Shown here: positions 48,054 to 60,490 of the stretch, in pieces
How the letters are laid out: the number at the start of each line of letters is the position of its first letter
Numbering within the stretch: position 1 is the first letter of the stretch
Source of the DNA: Macrostomum hystrix
Lineage: Eukaryota; Animalia; Platyhelminthes
Direction of reading: 5' to 3'
NCBI GenBank assembly: GCA_950097015.1
Contig: CATNEN010000013.1
Location: forward strand, 124,001-188,000
Length of the DNA stretch: 64,000 nt
The notes under the pieces: model-generated
The model's database searches: none
Seen by the model: the letters and a program-made list of their open reading frames with translations, nothing else
Told to the model about the DNA's origin: nothing
Translations under genes and position numbers: made by a program

Positions 48054-49691
48054 TTAGCGCGACCCGACTGACCTGCTGCGACTCCTCGACTTGCGCTGAC
48101 CAGCGGTGGCGCTAGCGCCGCCATTGTCGCGCCGAGGCCCGGCGCTACCCGAGCGTGACCTGGAAACTGAGCGAGAGCGAGAGCGCGACGGAGACCGCGA
48201 ATGGGAACGGGACTTGGACCGATAGGGAGATCGAGATCGGGACGCCGACTTGGCCTTGACAGGTTTGCTACTGTTATTCACCGGCGAGCGGGAGCGGGTC
48301 ACAGATCGGGACTTGGAGTGATCCTTGGACCTGGATCGGCGATCCTTAGACCTGGATCGGCTAACGGAACGAGACTTCGAGCGATCCTTAGACCTCGATC
48401 GGCTCACAGAGCGGGACCTAGACCTAGAGCGAGAACGGGACCTAGACCGGGATCTGGACCGGGATCGAGAGCGCGAAGGCGAACGACGAGATCGACGCGA
48501 AGAGGAGCCTTTGCCGGATTCTTCGACGCCGTCGACGCTAATTCGCAGCCGGCGGCCGTGCCACTCGTAGCCGTCATATTGTTTGAGCGCCCGGCGCATG
48601 TCATCGCGGCTTTCGAATTCCACGATGCCCTCGCCGCGAACCGGTCGGTGCACGTCAGCGAAAGTCACCTCGCCGGCGTGGCGCACAAGGTCTTTCAGGT
48701 CCTGCCACTTCACGTCGGAGCCGAGGTTTTTAACGACTAGGCGGTGCCTATATAACAGACGAAATTTATTAAGCAATAAGAAAGGATCGAATACGCGTTC
48801 GTCTCTCGCACCAAGGTCCCAGGCTCCCTGAGCTTGATGCCGCGGCGAAGCCACATTCATTTAGGGAGCTTGTCGTCGTGCAATTTACGCTCTTGATGAT
48901 GACCAACCTCCGAGGCACAGTGACAGTGTACACTGCCTGACGATGAGATAGTCAGAGCAGATAAATACACCCGTGTGTGTGCGTTCCTGTGTACAGCATA
49001 CGCTTACGTGTGTGATCAGCAGTTAGCGAAATGGGGAGAATTGCCTCCTCGCTGGATGTGTCTACTGTCACCAAATGATGTGTTATTGCCCGAAGTCCTA
49101 CTGCAACTATTAGTACAATTAGTACCATTTCTTATTTCTTATTACAAATACGAATGCAAGAAGGGACAAAAAACAAATAATAAGACATACATTCGAGAAT
49201 AGCACCTGTCTAAAAAAAGCCGCTATACAGGGGGAAATTCGCTACTTCTAAAAAGAAAGAATAATATTTCAAGTGAACTATTGCTATCTGAGCAAAGCTG
49301 TGTAATAGCATTCTGCGATTGTACGATTGTTAGTAAGCAGTTAAACTGGTAAAGCAAGCATTCTTCTATTTTGCAAAAAATGGTCTGAGACTAACCTGGT
49401 ACGCGTAGGCGGGCCATATCGATCACGACCGCTGCCGCCGCTGCCTCCGCCGCCGCCTCCGCCAGGGCGCCGCTCAGAACGGGCCATCTCTAGTGTAACA
49501 CGACAGCCACAGAGGTCCCGCCCATTCAGATAGTCGACGGCGTCCTCGGCATCAGTAGAGGAGCTCAGCTGGACAAATCCGAAGCCATCGCGCAGCAGGA
49601 TATCCTCTAGTGGGCCGTAGCGGTGAAAGAATTTAGCAATGTCACGTTTAGTCACTCGTGATGACAAATTGCCAATGTATATGCGACGCAT
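48054..49691 (-). CDS. SR splicing factor, SRSF4/5/6 (B52/SRp55/SRp40) type, 329 aa; 2 coding exons
   Basis: Exon 49691-49396 (RRM1 RIYIGNL..GFGFV..DAEDAV; Gly linker; RYGPPTRT) and exon 48747-48054 (RLVVKNL..WQDLKD pseudo-RRM; long RS domain). Phase-2 junction is consistent. Confidence 0.93.
48790..49130 (+). mobile_element. SINE family A copy within the SR-gene intron
   Basis: Shares GTGCAATTTACG, GTGTACACTGCCTGACGATGAG and GCGAAATGGGGAGAATTGCCTCCTC with the 16500-16871 copy. Confidence 0.8.
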
Positions 49692-50039
49692 ATTGAAACT
49701 ACAGTTAGAGAAAATTATAGAGCTGAAATCGAAAATTGAAATGATCAGCTATGATTGTCAGATGTCTTATTTTCACAGAAAAATAGGATTGAATTATATT
49801 GTGTTTGTTGAATTTGTGGCAAATAATCAAATAGCATAAAAGCATCACATATACTATGATGAGGATTAATGATAATTTACATACCCTGTAAAAAAGAAAC
49901 AGTGGTGAAGTGAATGGAAGAGTGGTATAATATATCTGTATTTTGCATTAAGGTCCCTGATCTCAATTCTAATAATATACTGTGAGGCCACATTTATTTA
50001 GATATGCAATCGGGCATAAACATGGAGGAAAATGAGAAA

Positions 50040-50225
50040 GGGGTTAGATGAGACAGGGGAGAGATGAGACAGAAGAGATGCAGTAGGAAAGATATGAGAC
50101 AGGGAAGAGGTAAGACAGAATAGATGAGACTGAGACAGAGATGATATAAGAAAAGAAAGAGATGAGACATGGGATAGATAAAACACAAGACAGATCAGCA
50201 ATGTGAGAGATGAGACAGGATACTA
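50040..50225. repeat. Degenerate AG-rich GAGATGAGACAG-type repeat
   Basis: Direct reading. Confidence 0.75.
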
Positions 50226-50937
50226 TAGGTGTTGGAAGGGGCAATGGGCTAGATTTGGGAGCTTTGAAGGTCACATCTGGTGCATAGGCTAGAGTTTGTT
50301 GACCCTAGATTTTACATTTTACATTCATTTTGATTTAATAAATTCTTTAATTTTTTGCAAATTGCAAATTTGCTAATTTTTATGGGTTAAACCATAGGCA
50401 TTGCCTGGCTATAGTATTTTTACTAATATCATTGCCAAGGCTATTTCTTAAATAAAACTTCAATTCGACATCTAAAAAACAAATGAAATAATTTGAATAA
50501 TCTTTTTTTGCTTCCTGTTTAGAAATAAAACAATTTTGTTTCTTCTTTTACTTTAGAAAATTGGATAATGTTGGAAATTTCAACATATGATATGCCTGAT
50601 AAACAAAGCTGCCTGATGTCTATAACATGTTTATACAAATAAAAGTAACTATTGTTATGACCTTTTTGTTATCCATTTTTAGTTACAAAACAGTTAGTCT
50701 AGATTTTTACCAACATGGCCTTTTCCTTTTTAGTAATGTATACTCAACACTGATAATAACAAAAAAATTCAACCCAATTAGCTATAATGTAAAATTAAGA
50801 ATATATACAATTTGATAATATATAAGAGATAAAAATGCTCACTAGAACTAGAGCTTTGAATTAGCTAACACAAAATCACTCATTAAAGAACAACAAAAAC
50901 AAAGGATACAGGCCCAAAAAGTAAGGGAGGCATTATC

Positions 50938-51369
50938 GGTACATGGACACTTTGCCATCTTACAACTTTGTCATCCAGATGACGATCTGTCCAATATCTC
51001 AGAGGGTGGATGACAAAGAGACTTAGACTTGTGGACACTTCATCATCTATAAAAAAAAGTTTTCAAAGTTACAACAGAACCACCCTCTTCACCTCCTCAC
51101 ATCGTGTTGGCACCTATCTTTCAACTCTTATAATGAAATCAGTTGACACCTCTTTTTGACAATTTAGAGTGTGAAGTGTGTTCACACCTGTCCCACCACC
51201 CCACCCTCACTTTATTGATGACAAACTTGATTGCCTGTTATTAGTTGATGACGAACTGACCAAACTTTAAAGCATGCCAATTGGCTGGATGACGAAGTGT
51301 CCTACCTTCCAAGTGGATGACGAAGTTGTAAGATGACGAAGTTGTAAGATGACAAAGTGTCTAGGATCC
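50938..51369. mobile_element. MITE-like non-autonomous DNA transposon, GG...CC termini, 8-bp TSD (Merlin-like; MULE not excluded)
   Basis: TSD GCATTATC at 50930-50937 and 51370-51377; 38-bp TIRs match at 32/38 positions; internal repeated GATGAC(G/A)AA motifs. Confidence 0.85.
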
Positions 51370-52659
51370 GCATTATCAGATAGGAAACCACAGAGACTAA
51401 GTATTATACATATTATATATTATATTATACATATTATACAAGTCCAGAGTTATTTACATTATTTATTATATATCATTAATTTTTGTGAAATTTTTATAGA
51501 AAATACTATAATTTGCTTTTAGTTTAGGCCTAGTTCAATAATTTAATAATTTATTTCTAGGCCTTCATCAAGGAGAATAGACCATAACTTAAGTAAGTCT
51601 AGACTAAAAACAATAAACAATGTTTATTAAATAAAGTTATTGTAAATGTTAGGCCCAACAAAGTGAATAGATTCTTGTGTGGAAGAACAATCAAAACTAA
51701 GTTACTGTTTTTTCGTTTTAAACAAAAATGTCTTTACTTATGTCGTTTACTGAAGTCTAAAAATTTAAATGATGTATAAAAAGTATGATAACTAATTACT
51801 AACCTAAGGTTAAGCCATAGCTCTTAAGCAAATGTAATATAATAAGAGGCCTGGCCTAGACTAGACCTAGTCTAGCTAGACTAGAGTATTGGGCTTTTAC
51901 ACGGTTTCAGCCATCACCTTAAAGCTAAAGCGTAGGATAGTCAAATGATCAAAATATTATGTAGGTATGTAGCCAGGTTAGAAAAAGGCTGGATAGTCAT
52001 TCCAGCCAAGGCTTTGCTCGACTTACGCATGGGATAGTCACGGCAGCCATTACTAAATGGGAATATTTACAGTTTGAATTCATTATTGCACGTACTGTAC
52101 AAAGCAACTAGTTGATATAACAATTTAAAGTACATAATATGAGCTAAGCATTCTTAAAAACCAAAATATTCAAATTTACATAAAAATAAGTTTTTCTGTG
52201 ATCAGTTCTTATCCAATGCAACAACCACACGTATAAACTATTACGACATTAAAGACATAAAAATACATTTTCTTACATCCCACTTGAAAACGGCCACTTG
52301 ATTTGTGAATCTCATCGTGGAAGCCTTAAAATATTTGAAGAGACGTTAGAAACCGTCATAACACACAGTAGAAAGTAGATGCTCAACTCATGCAACAAAA
52401 GTAGATGCTTAATACAGTCTTGCATGGCGTGGGTTGCGTGCGTGGTGTGTGCTTGCATGAATAGTACATGCAAGTGACAGGCATTCAAAAAGTTTCAGTA
52501 GCAGCGAAAATTTATTTTTATGCATACATATTATACAATATTTTAATTAAGAACATTGTTCATTTTATTCATAGCGTAATAATATATACACTCGAATATA
52601 TAAATCAAAGCTTATCATTGCAATCGAGGAGGAAGGGGTTAATAAAAGCGGAAATCGTA

Positions 52660-53240
52660 ACTTAGCGGGAATCCTGCAGAAGCCATGCAGCATTGGCGTG
52701 GGCGTGAGCGGCGACTATTGTGCGGGCATTTACAGCCTGGAAAAGCTGCCCCGAGACGGCGGAAGATGCACCCCCGGGTCTCCCGCTCCGAAGGCTGGGC
52801 GCGAATGCGGGCCGCAAGAGCGTCTAGAAGCTCCTGAGCGTGGGGCCGAAAGGCGCCCAGAGTCCAACGCCGACCGTGTGAAAGCCGTGGTGATCGCCCA
52901 GTGCAGGCCGGCGTACTTGGCTGATTTGCCGGACTCGGCCAGGTAGTAGCTGCTGTGCAGGGTGCGACGGTGGAGGCTAGCAGATGACTTGGGGCGCGGG
53001 TGTACATGATAGTTGCGTCCCAAGCCAACGTCCACCCGCGCTCGAAGGCCGCCACCGTGGCGCCGTCCAGTTGGTGTCGAGACGCTGAAGGCTTTCAGCC
53101 CTGATCGGCAATGTGAATTTTTTCGAGGCTCTGAACAGCAGCATCCACGCGCCGGACGATCGAGGGTGTGGGACGAGATCTTAAGCATGGACGCCGGACA
53201 GAAACGCACTACACGTGTCGCATCTTTGAAGCGCATTCTA
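52660..53240 (-). mobile_element. Fossil CRE/R2-type non-LTR retrotransposon 3' fragment (restriction-like endonuclease)
   Basis: Across frameshifts the minus strand reads RCDTCSAFLSGVHA (Zn knuckle), LDGAT...LAWDAT...APSHL, LAESGKSAKYAGL, TLG...QELLDALAARI...IFRRLGAA, matching the CRE-clade RPDG...WDAT..APSH..AE..K..KY..ETLG..QRLS pattern. Confidence 0.72.
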
Positions 53241-53474
53241 GGTTCAGAGTCAGATGAGACAGGTGGGAAGCTGAGACGGGTTAAGGTAACATTATCAAAA
53301 ATTTACTTTGAATTCCTTTTTTGCACGTACTGTACAAATAGCTTGTTAATATGACAATTAAGCATAGATATTTTTTTATTTAGCCGTTAAGTTGTATGTC
53401 AATTCGCGTAATTCATCGACAAATACGGACGTAATAATGATTGATTGCACCAGCCCCGATTGTGACAGCCGACA

Positions 53475-53705
53475 GCACAGCCGCAGCTGCACACGGCTGC
53501 TCAGTCTATAGACTGGGGGGACGCCACACCCACCCTCAAGTACCCCAGCTAATGCTGGCACCCATTTAACAGCTGGGTGAACTGAAGCAGTGCATGCAGA
53601 GGTAAGTGTCTTGCTAAAGGACACAAATTGTTCCCGTGGAGTCAGGAATCGAACCCCCGACCTTCAAGTCATCAGTCCGACGCTCTAACCACAAGTCTAC
53701 AACCA
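53475..53705 (-). mobile_element. CORE-like SINE family B copy
   Basis: Reverse complement: TGTGGTTAGAGC...GGTTCGATTCC...TGTGTCCTTTAGCAAGACACTTACC...CACCCAGCTGTTAAATGGGT. Confidence 0.82.
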
Positions 53706-56700
53706 CCCTGATGAAGGCTCAACTCATATTATGCACATATAATATATAATATAATATATAATATATAAATTACATATAATCTTTGGCATAGTACCTAGGA
53801 TGTCCCAAAAATAGTGGGAAAACTCGATGCACATGCTTACTGGTAAAACATAATTTATTGAAACTCACATCACTGATAAATAAACATTCGGAAGTTCTAA
53901 AGATTTTGAAATCAAGTAAAAATGTCAGTTCATTTAAAAGTTATGACCAAAGTTTTAAAGTTGTTAAATTTTATAGTTGACCAAAGCTGTGCTTGCTGCC
54001 GTTGGTGCCACGGACATCTCTTGCGTCAGCTTGTGCTTCTTTTGATTCTGGTGCTCACGCTTCTCTGTTTGTCTGTAGCTTTTTTCTGCTTCTGTTTTCT
54101 GATGCTTCTGCTCCTTTTCTTCTGTCGCAAAATTTTTGTCTAAGGATCGACAAACATGGGTTGGGGCCTTGACTTGGTGTAACTCTACCCCTTGCCCCTT
54201 GTTCTAATTTTAGCCATAACTTTTAAATAAATTGACATAATTTAATTGATTCAAAAAGCCTTTGAACTGTTGAATGTTTATTTATCAGTGACGTGAGTTT
54301 CAAGCAACCAAAAATATTGTTGACTAGCTGTTTCGAGAAAATCTATAAAATGTTTATTTAGTGCAGGACAATACGTGAGTTAATCAAAGTGTCATGTTGT
54401 AGTATATAGTTACACTACGAAAATAGGACTAGGATTCAGTGCTAAAGGGCGAGTTAATCAAGGTTCATTAAAATCGAATGGGCTTTAGCAAGCAAAAATT
54501 GCCATTTCGCTCTCATATTCGTGCCGCTCTTTTGCATGCATTGCTTCATGGATGGCCAGTGAAAACCAGTTCAAACCGGATTTGCTAGCTGGCCTGCGTG
54601 TAGCCATGCAGCTCGTCGACGGGGCGATCAAGCTCAAAACTATAGCTTGAGCCAAGTACCGAGATGCAGCTCAAACATGGGATTACATATTGACCAAAGC
54701 CCAGATCCTATACTGTAGCTCGCGTTTGCTCTTTATTGGTGGGAGAATGTGAAAATGAATTTAATCCTGCCTTTACCTGGCAGACATCTAGGGCACTCTC
54801 TGAATCACTATTGACATGGAAAAGTAACCTCCTCAACCATTTAAGCGCGGTACATTACGGTGAATTGAGTTCAAAATGTTTCAATGGTCTTAATTAGGTA
54901 ATCTAATTAGCATGCAGCTGTCCCAAAATGGTGTCGCGTGCAGCAAGCTGCATCAAATCAATTGACTTGTTAGATGATCATTGGATTATCAATCGTTTTT
55001 TAATGTTTTTCATATCATATTATCCCCCAGCATAGATGCACTATACTGTAGACGCACAAAGTTCGGGATTTCCATGTGTTGATGAAAGCAGTCTTCAAGA
55101 GCCGAGTGTTGGTCCTTAAAACGTTCTCCAATTCATGAGATACATTGAAAATGTAATGGCTTCTCAGCAGTTTTTCGAGACGCTCACAGCCGAACTACCA
55201 TCCCAATTTAGAGTGCTGGAAGTTTTATCAGCACACGCTTCCAAAGGGATGAAGCCATCGAAGGTTCGGACCACGAAGAGCGTCCTGGATTTACTTGGCC
55301 GCACTGACAGGTCGAAAACCTGTGCCTAAAATCCCCATTTTATCCCATATAACCCCTAGGGTACCATGGACTGGGTGAGATGTCTCGTTTTCTTGTCGAA
55401 TGTATCGACCAGCTACCGATTTCAGTCTATTTGGTTCGAGGATTGACCAGCCTACCATGGACGTTTGCCCACCTGAATGTTTGCTCACTGCAGCTGCATT
55501 GACGCTTGCTCATTGGGTGTTTTCCCGACTACCCTGTGCAGTATATAGGCCTCACAATAGTGAGCATTGACAGGCAATTTCATTGTTGCAGGAGTAAATA
55601 AACCCGTGCTTGCTAATTGGCACGTATAATGATATAATACAATTAAATTCCATTTTATGAAATCCAAAGCAATATTTGAATGCTGCAAACACTACATGCG
55701 TAGAAAAACATTACGAGTATAGACAGGTAGCTGTACTGATTGAGGGCAATAACATTTATGTAAGGATTCATCCTACTAACCAGGCTTTGCAAGTCTCAAG
55801 GCATTATCAAAACGCAGCTCAATAATTTTATACGTACTAGCACAGAAATTTATTAATAAATTATATTCCCTTATTTCTTGCACTTCTACTCAAAACAAAA
55901 ATTTTGGGGATTTGCTATTAACGTCTTTCTTCTCTCCCTATAGCAGACTGTGGTTTAAGAACGAATAATACACAGTTAATATCGGTCTGCAGCTCTCTCT
56001 CCTCCTCTTTGTCTCGATCCAGTTCTGTATGTCTTCTTGGCTTTTATTTTCGTGTATTGCATCCGCGCTGATCAGTGCACGGTATAATGCGCCAGTGCAG
56101 GCTGCTCGATCGTCCTTTCGCGTATTTTCCAGGTCGGATCAGATCTGCTTAACAAATCTTGCCCATGCATGCGGTAAATTTTACCGCTGCACTAACTGTA
56201 GAAGGCTAGTGGGCCCTGATTTCAGCGAAGCGTCTGATCCTCCCCCTCTCTCCCCCTACCTCCTCCCTAGTCTGTCTGTCCTGGTTATTGTGAACAAATT
56301 TGGCGCACCGCGCTACAAATTCACTGTCTGCTTTTCGTAGCAGATCTACCCCAATGATTCTGAATTTTTACTCCTGTGCTTCGATTCTGATGCTCAACAG
56401 ATTGTACTCAGCAGATTGTACTCAGCAGATTGTACTCAACAGATTGTACATCGGATCAGTTCGGAAATTAAGATCGCCCGCTCTGCAGAATGTTTTGTTG
56501 CAATTTTTTAGATTTTAGTCACCTTTTATTGAGAAGCGTTGCTCGGCGGCAAAAATTTTATATGGTCGAAATAGGCAGTTTAATAATTCATACTACAGAC
56601 CGTTCAACTTTTTAAAGTGCATGCAGGCTTAAGTGAAGACTACGTTTTTGCACCATGAAAAGACTGCGGTTCCATCAATAGTCTGCTCGGGAATGAGAGG

Positions 56701-56889
56701 AGAGAGACTAGTAGAGGCACTGAAGGATCACCTAACAGACGACACAATCCCACACCACATGCGTGGATTCAAGAACTGGCTTACAGATCTGTGCACTAAT
56801 ATAATTTAAAGTATCAGTGTGCGGGCCTGCTTCGGAATATACCCTAATTATTTGCTAAATTACTTGCCGATTCGCCGAGAGTTCCTTGC

Positions 56890-57005
56890 TAACAGTGGAA
56901 GATAGACCACAGGCTATTTCAAATACCCACTGTCTACTTCAGGATAGCTGCCAAACCGAATTTTTCATGAAAGTCCACCATCTAAGTAAACATTTCCCGC
57001 CATTT
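56890..57005 (+). repeat. Dispersed repeat family C, copy 3
   Basis: GACCACAGGCTATTTCAAATACCCACTG...CATGAAAGTCCACCATC. Confidence 0.75.
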
Positions 57006-57371
57006 ACGTGATTCAGCATTTTCCTACGACTACGATCGAGCTACACAATGGTTGGAGTCAAATTAGCATATAAAAAGAGTCACATTCGTTGAAAAAAACG
57101 CTTTATGAGAACGGCTACAGTTTAAATATTCCAGCATCCGGCACTAAATTACTGAATTAAAATGTGAATAAGCCAGATGGACGAGCCGCTAAGTGATCCA
57201 GCGAGGCAGTTTCTTTGCTCAACAGGCTTATCAGTGGAATATAATAATCTCTATGATTTTTCTCTCAACGTAACTAATACAAACACTCATGCATTCCTTG
57301 AATTATGCAAATGAAAGTGGCAATTGATTGTTTGTCGCTATAGAATTCAGTCAGCCTAACGCTCAAAGTAA

Positions 57372-57580
57372 GGGGTGAGTGCCAGAGCGGTTAACGCGTT
57401 TGCCTATAGCGCCTAGAGCCCTGAGCTCGATTCCATGGCGACGCCACTTTTATTTGAGGCGCAGCCGCGGAGAGAAGGCATGGGGGCTTGTCGTGCAATT
57501 TACGCCCTTGATGGCCAACCCCCAAGGCACAGTGAAAGTGTACACTGCCTGACGATGAGAAAGTCAGTGTAGATGGACAT
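57372..57580 (+). mobile_element. SINE family A copy
   Basis: GCCAGAGCGGTTAACGCGTT head, GCTCGATTCC B box, GTGTACACTGCCTGACGATGAGAAAGTCAG core. Confidence 0.82.
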
Positions 57581-57689
57581 CGCTTATTATTCTAGGTAAT
57601 AGTGGAAAACCAACTACTGCTTGAAAGTGCCACTGGGGATTATGGGGGCGCCACATAGTTTCTGGGGAGCGCCATGGGGGATTCGGCGG

Positions 57690-57830
57690 GCGTGCCACCG
57701 GGGATTAGGGAGGCGCCACCGGTGATTAGGGAGGCGCCACCGGTGATTAGGGAGGCGCCACCGGGGACTAGGGAGGCGCCACTGGGGATTCGGGGGTGCC
57801 ACCCGGGGATTCGAAGGGACGCCACTGGGT
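57690..57830. repeat. 21-bp minisatellite (~6 units)
   Basis: GGTGATTAGGGAGGCGCCACC and variants. Confidence 0.88.
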
Positions 57831-59712
57831 AATAGGGGGGGGAAGCCATATTGGCAACATTTAATGTCCAGCATTTATTATGTGGGACAAAATTTAATAA
57901 ATGATAGTCACAGTGGCGGTGATGCATATCGAAATGCTGACTTGCTCCTTCGTTTCATAATAACGCTGCCACCACTTCACTAGAGCCCAGCTAGCTGGGC
58001 CTCTTCATACCTCCGGTCCCTCGGTCCCTCGATCGCGAGCCATCAAACTATAAAGTGGTCGCGAAAGTGGACGATCGAACAAAAATCTTCGGCGCACCAA
58101 TAAATATACTGAAGCGAAATTTCCTGATGGGCCGAGCAACCGTAGCAGCCATTGCTAGATGCGAAATTCGCCAATATCCTGCCAGTCTGTTGGGACGCAC
58201 AAAAGCACTGCGGCCCTTTTATTGCCAATATGGTTTCCATCCCATCCATCAGAGTTGTGCAAACCAATATTGGGTGCCGCAGCTACCAGGCTATCGATGA
58301 GTCACACACTGGGATACGCTGTGGTCTGGAGTGAAAATTAAAAACTGCTTTTGGGAACTGATCAAGAAACCCGGAGGTCAAGCACAAACAGACTGTTGGG
58401 CAGACCGAGAGACAAGTCGCGTTTGTGACGCGGCACGAACAATCTGTTTCTTCGCCATTCATAATGTGTATTTGCAAGAAAACTGAAAAATTTTCACTTT
58501 CATCGTACAGGTTCTTGGATACACGTCGAAAGTTAAACTGCGCACTTGTAAATTCACTAGATGCACCCAGGCAGAGTAGAGTATCTATTCGAGTAGCTAA
58601 ATATTTACAGAAGAAAAAACGAGTGTTATACGTCAAGATGCATCAATTTTCCGATTCATTCTGTCATACCAACGGTTGGTGGTGAATAAAAGTAAACCGA
58701 GCATTATGTTCTGGCATGCTCAAAAGCATTAACTACCATATTCAATAAGCATTATCGGACCGTTGGTATGAATACAAGTAGACAACACAGGTTTTAACGA
58801 TGCTACCTCATATTATACCTATTATCGTAAAACAGAAATTCAAATCACACAAGAAATGAGAAACTTTCGTCAGACGATCAGCAACCGCTATGGTAACTGC
58901 CGTCAATAACTATGGTAGAGCACAGGTACATTTAAATAGCAAAGCTTTAACAAACAAAACATGTAGACTTTGTGAAAATTGATTCAGTGTTTCTCTCGCT
59001 CTACAGCCGACCCTCAACACCACCGGCAAGGGAGCTTTGCCTTCTTTCTACTTCGATCAGAGTTTCACTGAATCACTGAAAACTGCGAAATTTCGTTCAA
59101 CAGCGTCAAATGACAGGTCGACGAGTGAAAGGGCTTCCCATGGGAATGGCCAAACAAAACCCTCTTTATAGCTTTCTGCTGTATCCTACTTTCTTCAAGA
59201 GGTTACGTAATTGTTTTTATCTGCAGTCGATATTTCTTTGAAAATGCAGCGCATGCGATAGGATACAGGGTATCTTCTTCCCAAACCCTGCAGGGGGCAT
59301 ATTTCTTATCCTAATTAGATTAGGGGAAAACTCTCTTGTAAGAAATCGACAATGCCAATAGCGCTGCCCTCCTGGAACACTGATTGATATTTTAAAATGG
59401 CGATAAATAACCATTAAAAAATAAATTAACCATTTAAAATAGCAGATTTAAGTGTAAAATGTAAATCTGCTATCCATATTCCTGTGCTTTGATAACATGC
59501 GTTTGGCAATCTAAAAAGTGGAAATAAACCTTACCAGGCTTAATGCCTAGGCTGGTCCAAAAGTACCGTTAAGCAGTCGCTTTCAATGTTCAGCGCCTAG
59601 CAGGCAAAAGAATGCGCTAATCTCTATTGGCAGCTTGTTAGTTAAGCAGCTCGGAGCAGGTGAGACGGCACGACTTGCCTAAATCTGATCCCGGTCCTAA
59701 ATCTGATTGCCA

Positions 59713-60153
59713 TCAGTCGCCGAAGCCAACGCCAACAACACCTACTCCGCCACCGTCGTGCAAGCCGCCAAACATAGCCTGGTCCATGTCCATCTCCGCC
59801 GCGGCATCGTCGTCATCCTTGATGGCCTCAGCCCTGGAGAACAGGCCGTAGGCCAGGAAGCCCATGGCCAGCAGGCACATGAGGCTCAGGCTGACGATCA
59901 GCACGAAGGCCGAACGATAACTCGACATTGATGGCTGCTGGTTGCGCTCATCGTCATCAAAGTCGGAGCTCCAGTTGCCGCTAGTAAAATTTCCTGAGTC
60001 GATAACAACAGCAGCTCTTGCCAGGTGCCAGCACCGCAGCCCATGCCAAGTCAGACAGCTGATGAAAAGTGCAGCTGAACCAATCGATGCGGAACCCCTC
60101 ATGACAAGCAAATCGTTGCAACAACTGTAACAGGTTTGTAAAATGAATGCCAA
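59713..60153 (-). CDS. Hypothetical small single-pass membrane protein
   Basis: GC-rich ORF with a hydrophobic stretch AFVLIVSLSLMCLLAMGFLAYGLF, NFT and NWS sequons N-terminal to it, and an acidic tail. The start is uncertain (60153, 60102 or later). Confidence 0.45.
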   Translation of the reverse strand: MAFILQTCYSCCNDLLVMRGSASIGSAALFISCLTWHGLRCWHLARAAVVIDSGNFTSGNWSSDFDDDERNQQPSMSSYRSAFVLIVSLSLMCLLAMGFLAYGLFSRAEAIKDDDDAAAEMDMDQAMFGGLHDGGGVGVVGVGFGD

Positions 60154-60307
60154 GCTCCGCAGGGCCTAGCTCCCTTGGTTAGGGAGCGATCGAAGCGAGC
60201 AGCCTTCTAATGTATTGAACAGCGGGAACCAATGGGAACTAATCCTGCTTTGACAGTCGCTAATTCGTGGAATTATATGCAGGCATTGATTAATACTCGT
60301 ACTGACT

Positions 60308-60490
60308 AACAGTAGAAAGACCAGGCTATTTTCTCCCTGCAGAGAGACCACGGGGCTATTTCAAATACCCAGTGCCCACTTCACGATAGCTTCCAAACCG
60401 AATGACCGATTTTCATGAAAGTCCACCATCTGAATCAAAGTTTTCCGCCCTTTTCGATGAATTAACTTTGAAAGCCGTACGAGCCAGCAT
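60308..60490 (+). repeat. Dispersed repeat family C, copy 4
   Basis: AACAGTAGAAAGACCAGGCTATTT...GGCTATTTCAAATACCCAGTG...GAAAGTCCACCATC. Confidence 0.75.

Noticed and set aside
48201-48831. Plus-strand ORFs with RD/LD repeats opposite the SR gene
   Set aside because: Antisense shadows of the RS domain.
53930-56340. Patches of coding-like sequence with stops (53930-54200, 54500-54900, 55080-55690, 56000-56300)
   Set aside because: They may be decayed gene or transposon pieces (a KDZ-transposase resemblance was considered), but no motif could be matched convincingly by eye.
57540-57575. Hammerhead-like CTGACGA...GAAA in the SINE A core
   Set aside because: Only 3 nt separate the two core strands (no stem II), no compatible stem III/NUH site was found, and CTGAC pairs better with the downstream GTCAG.
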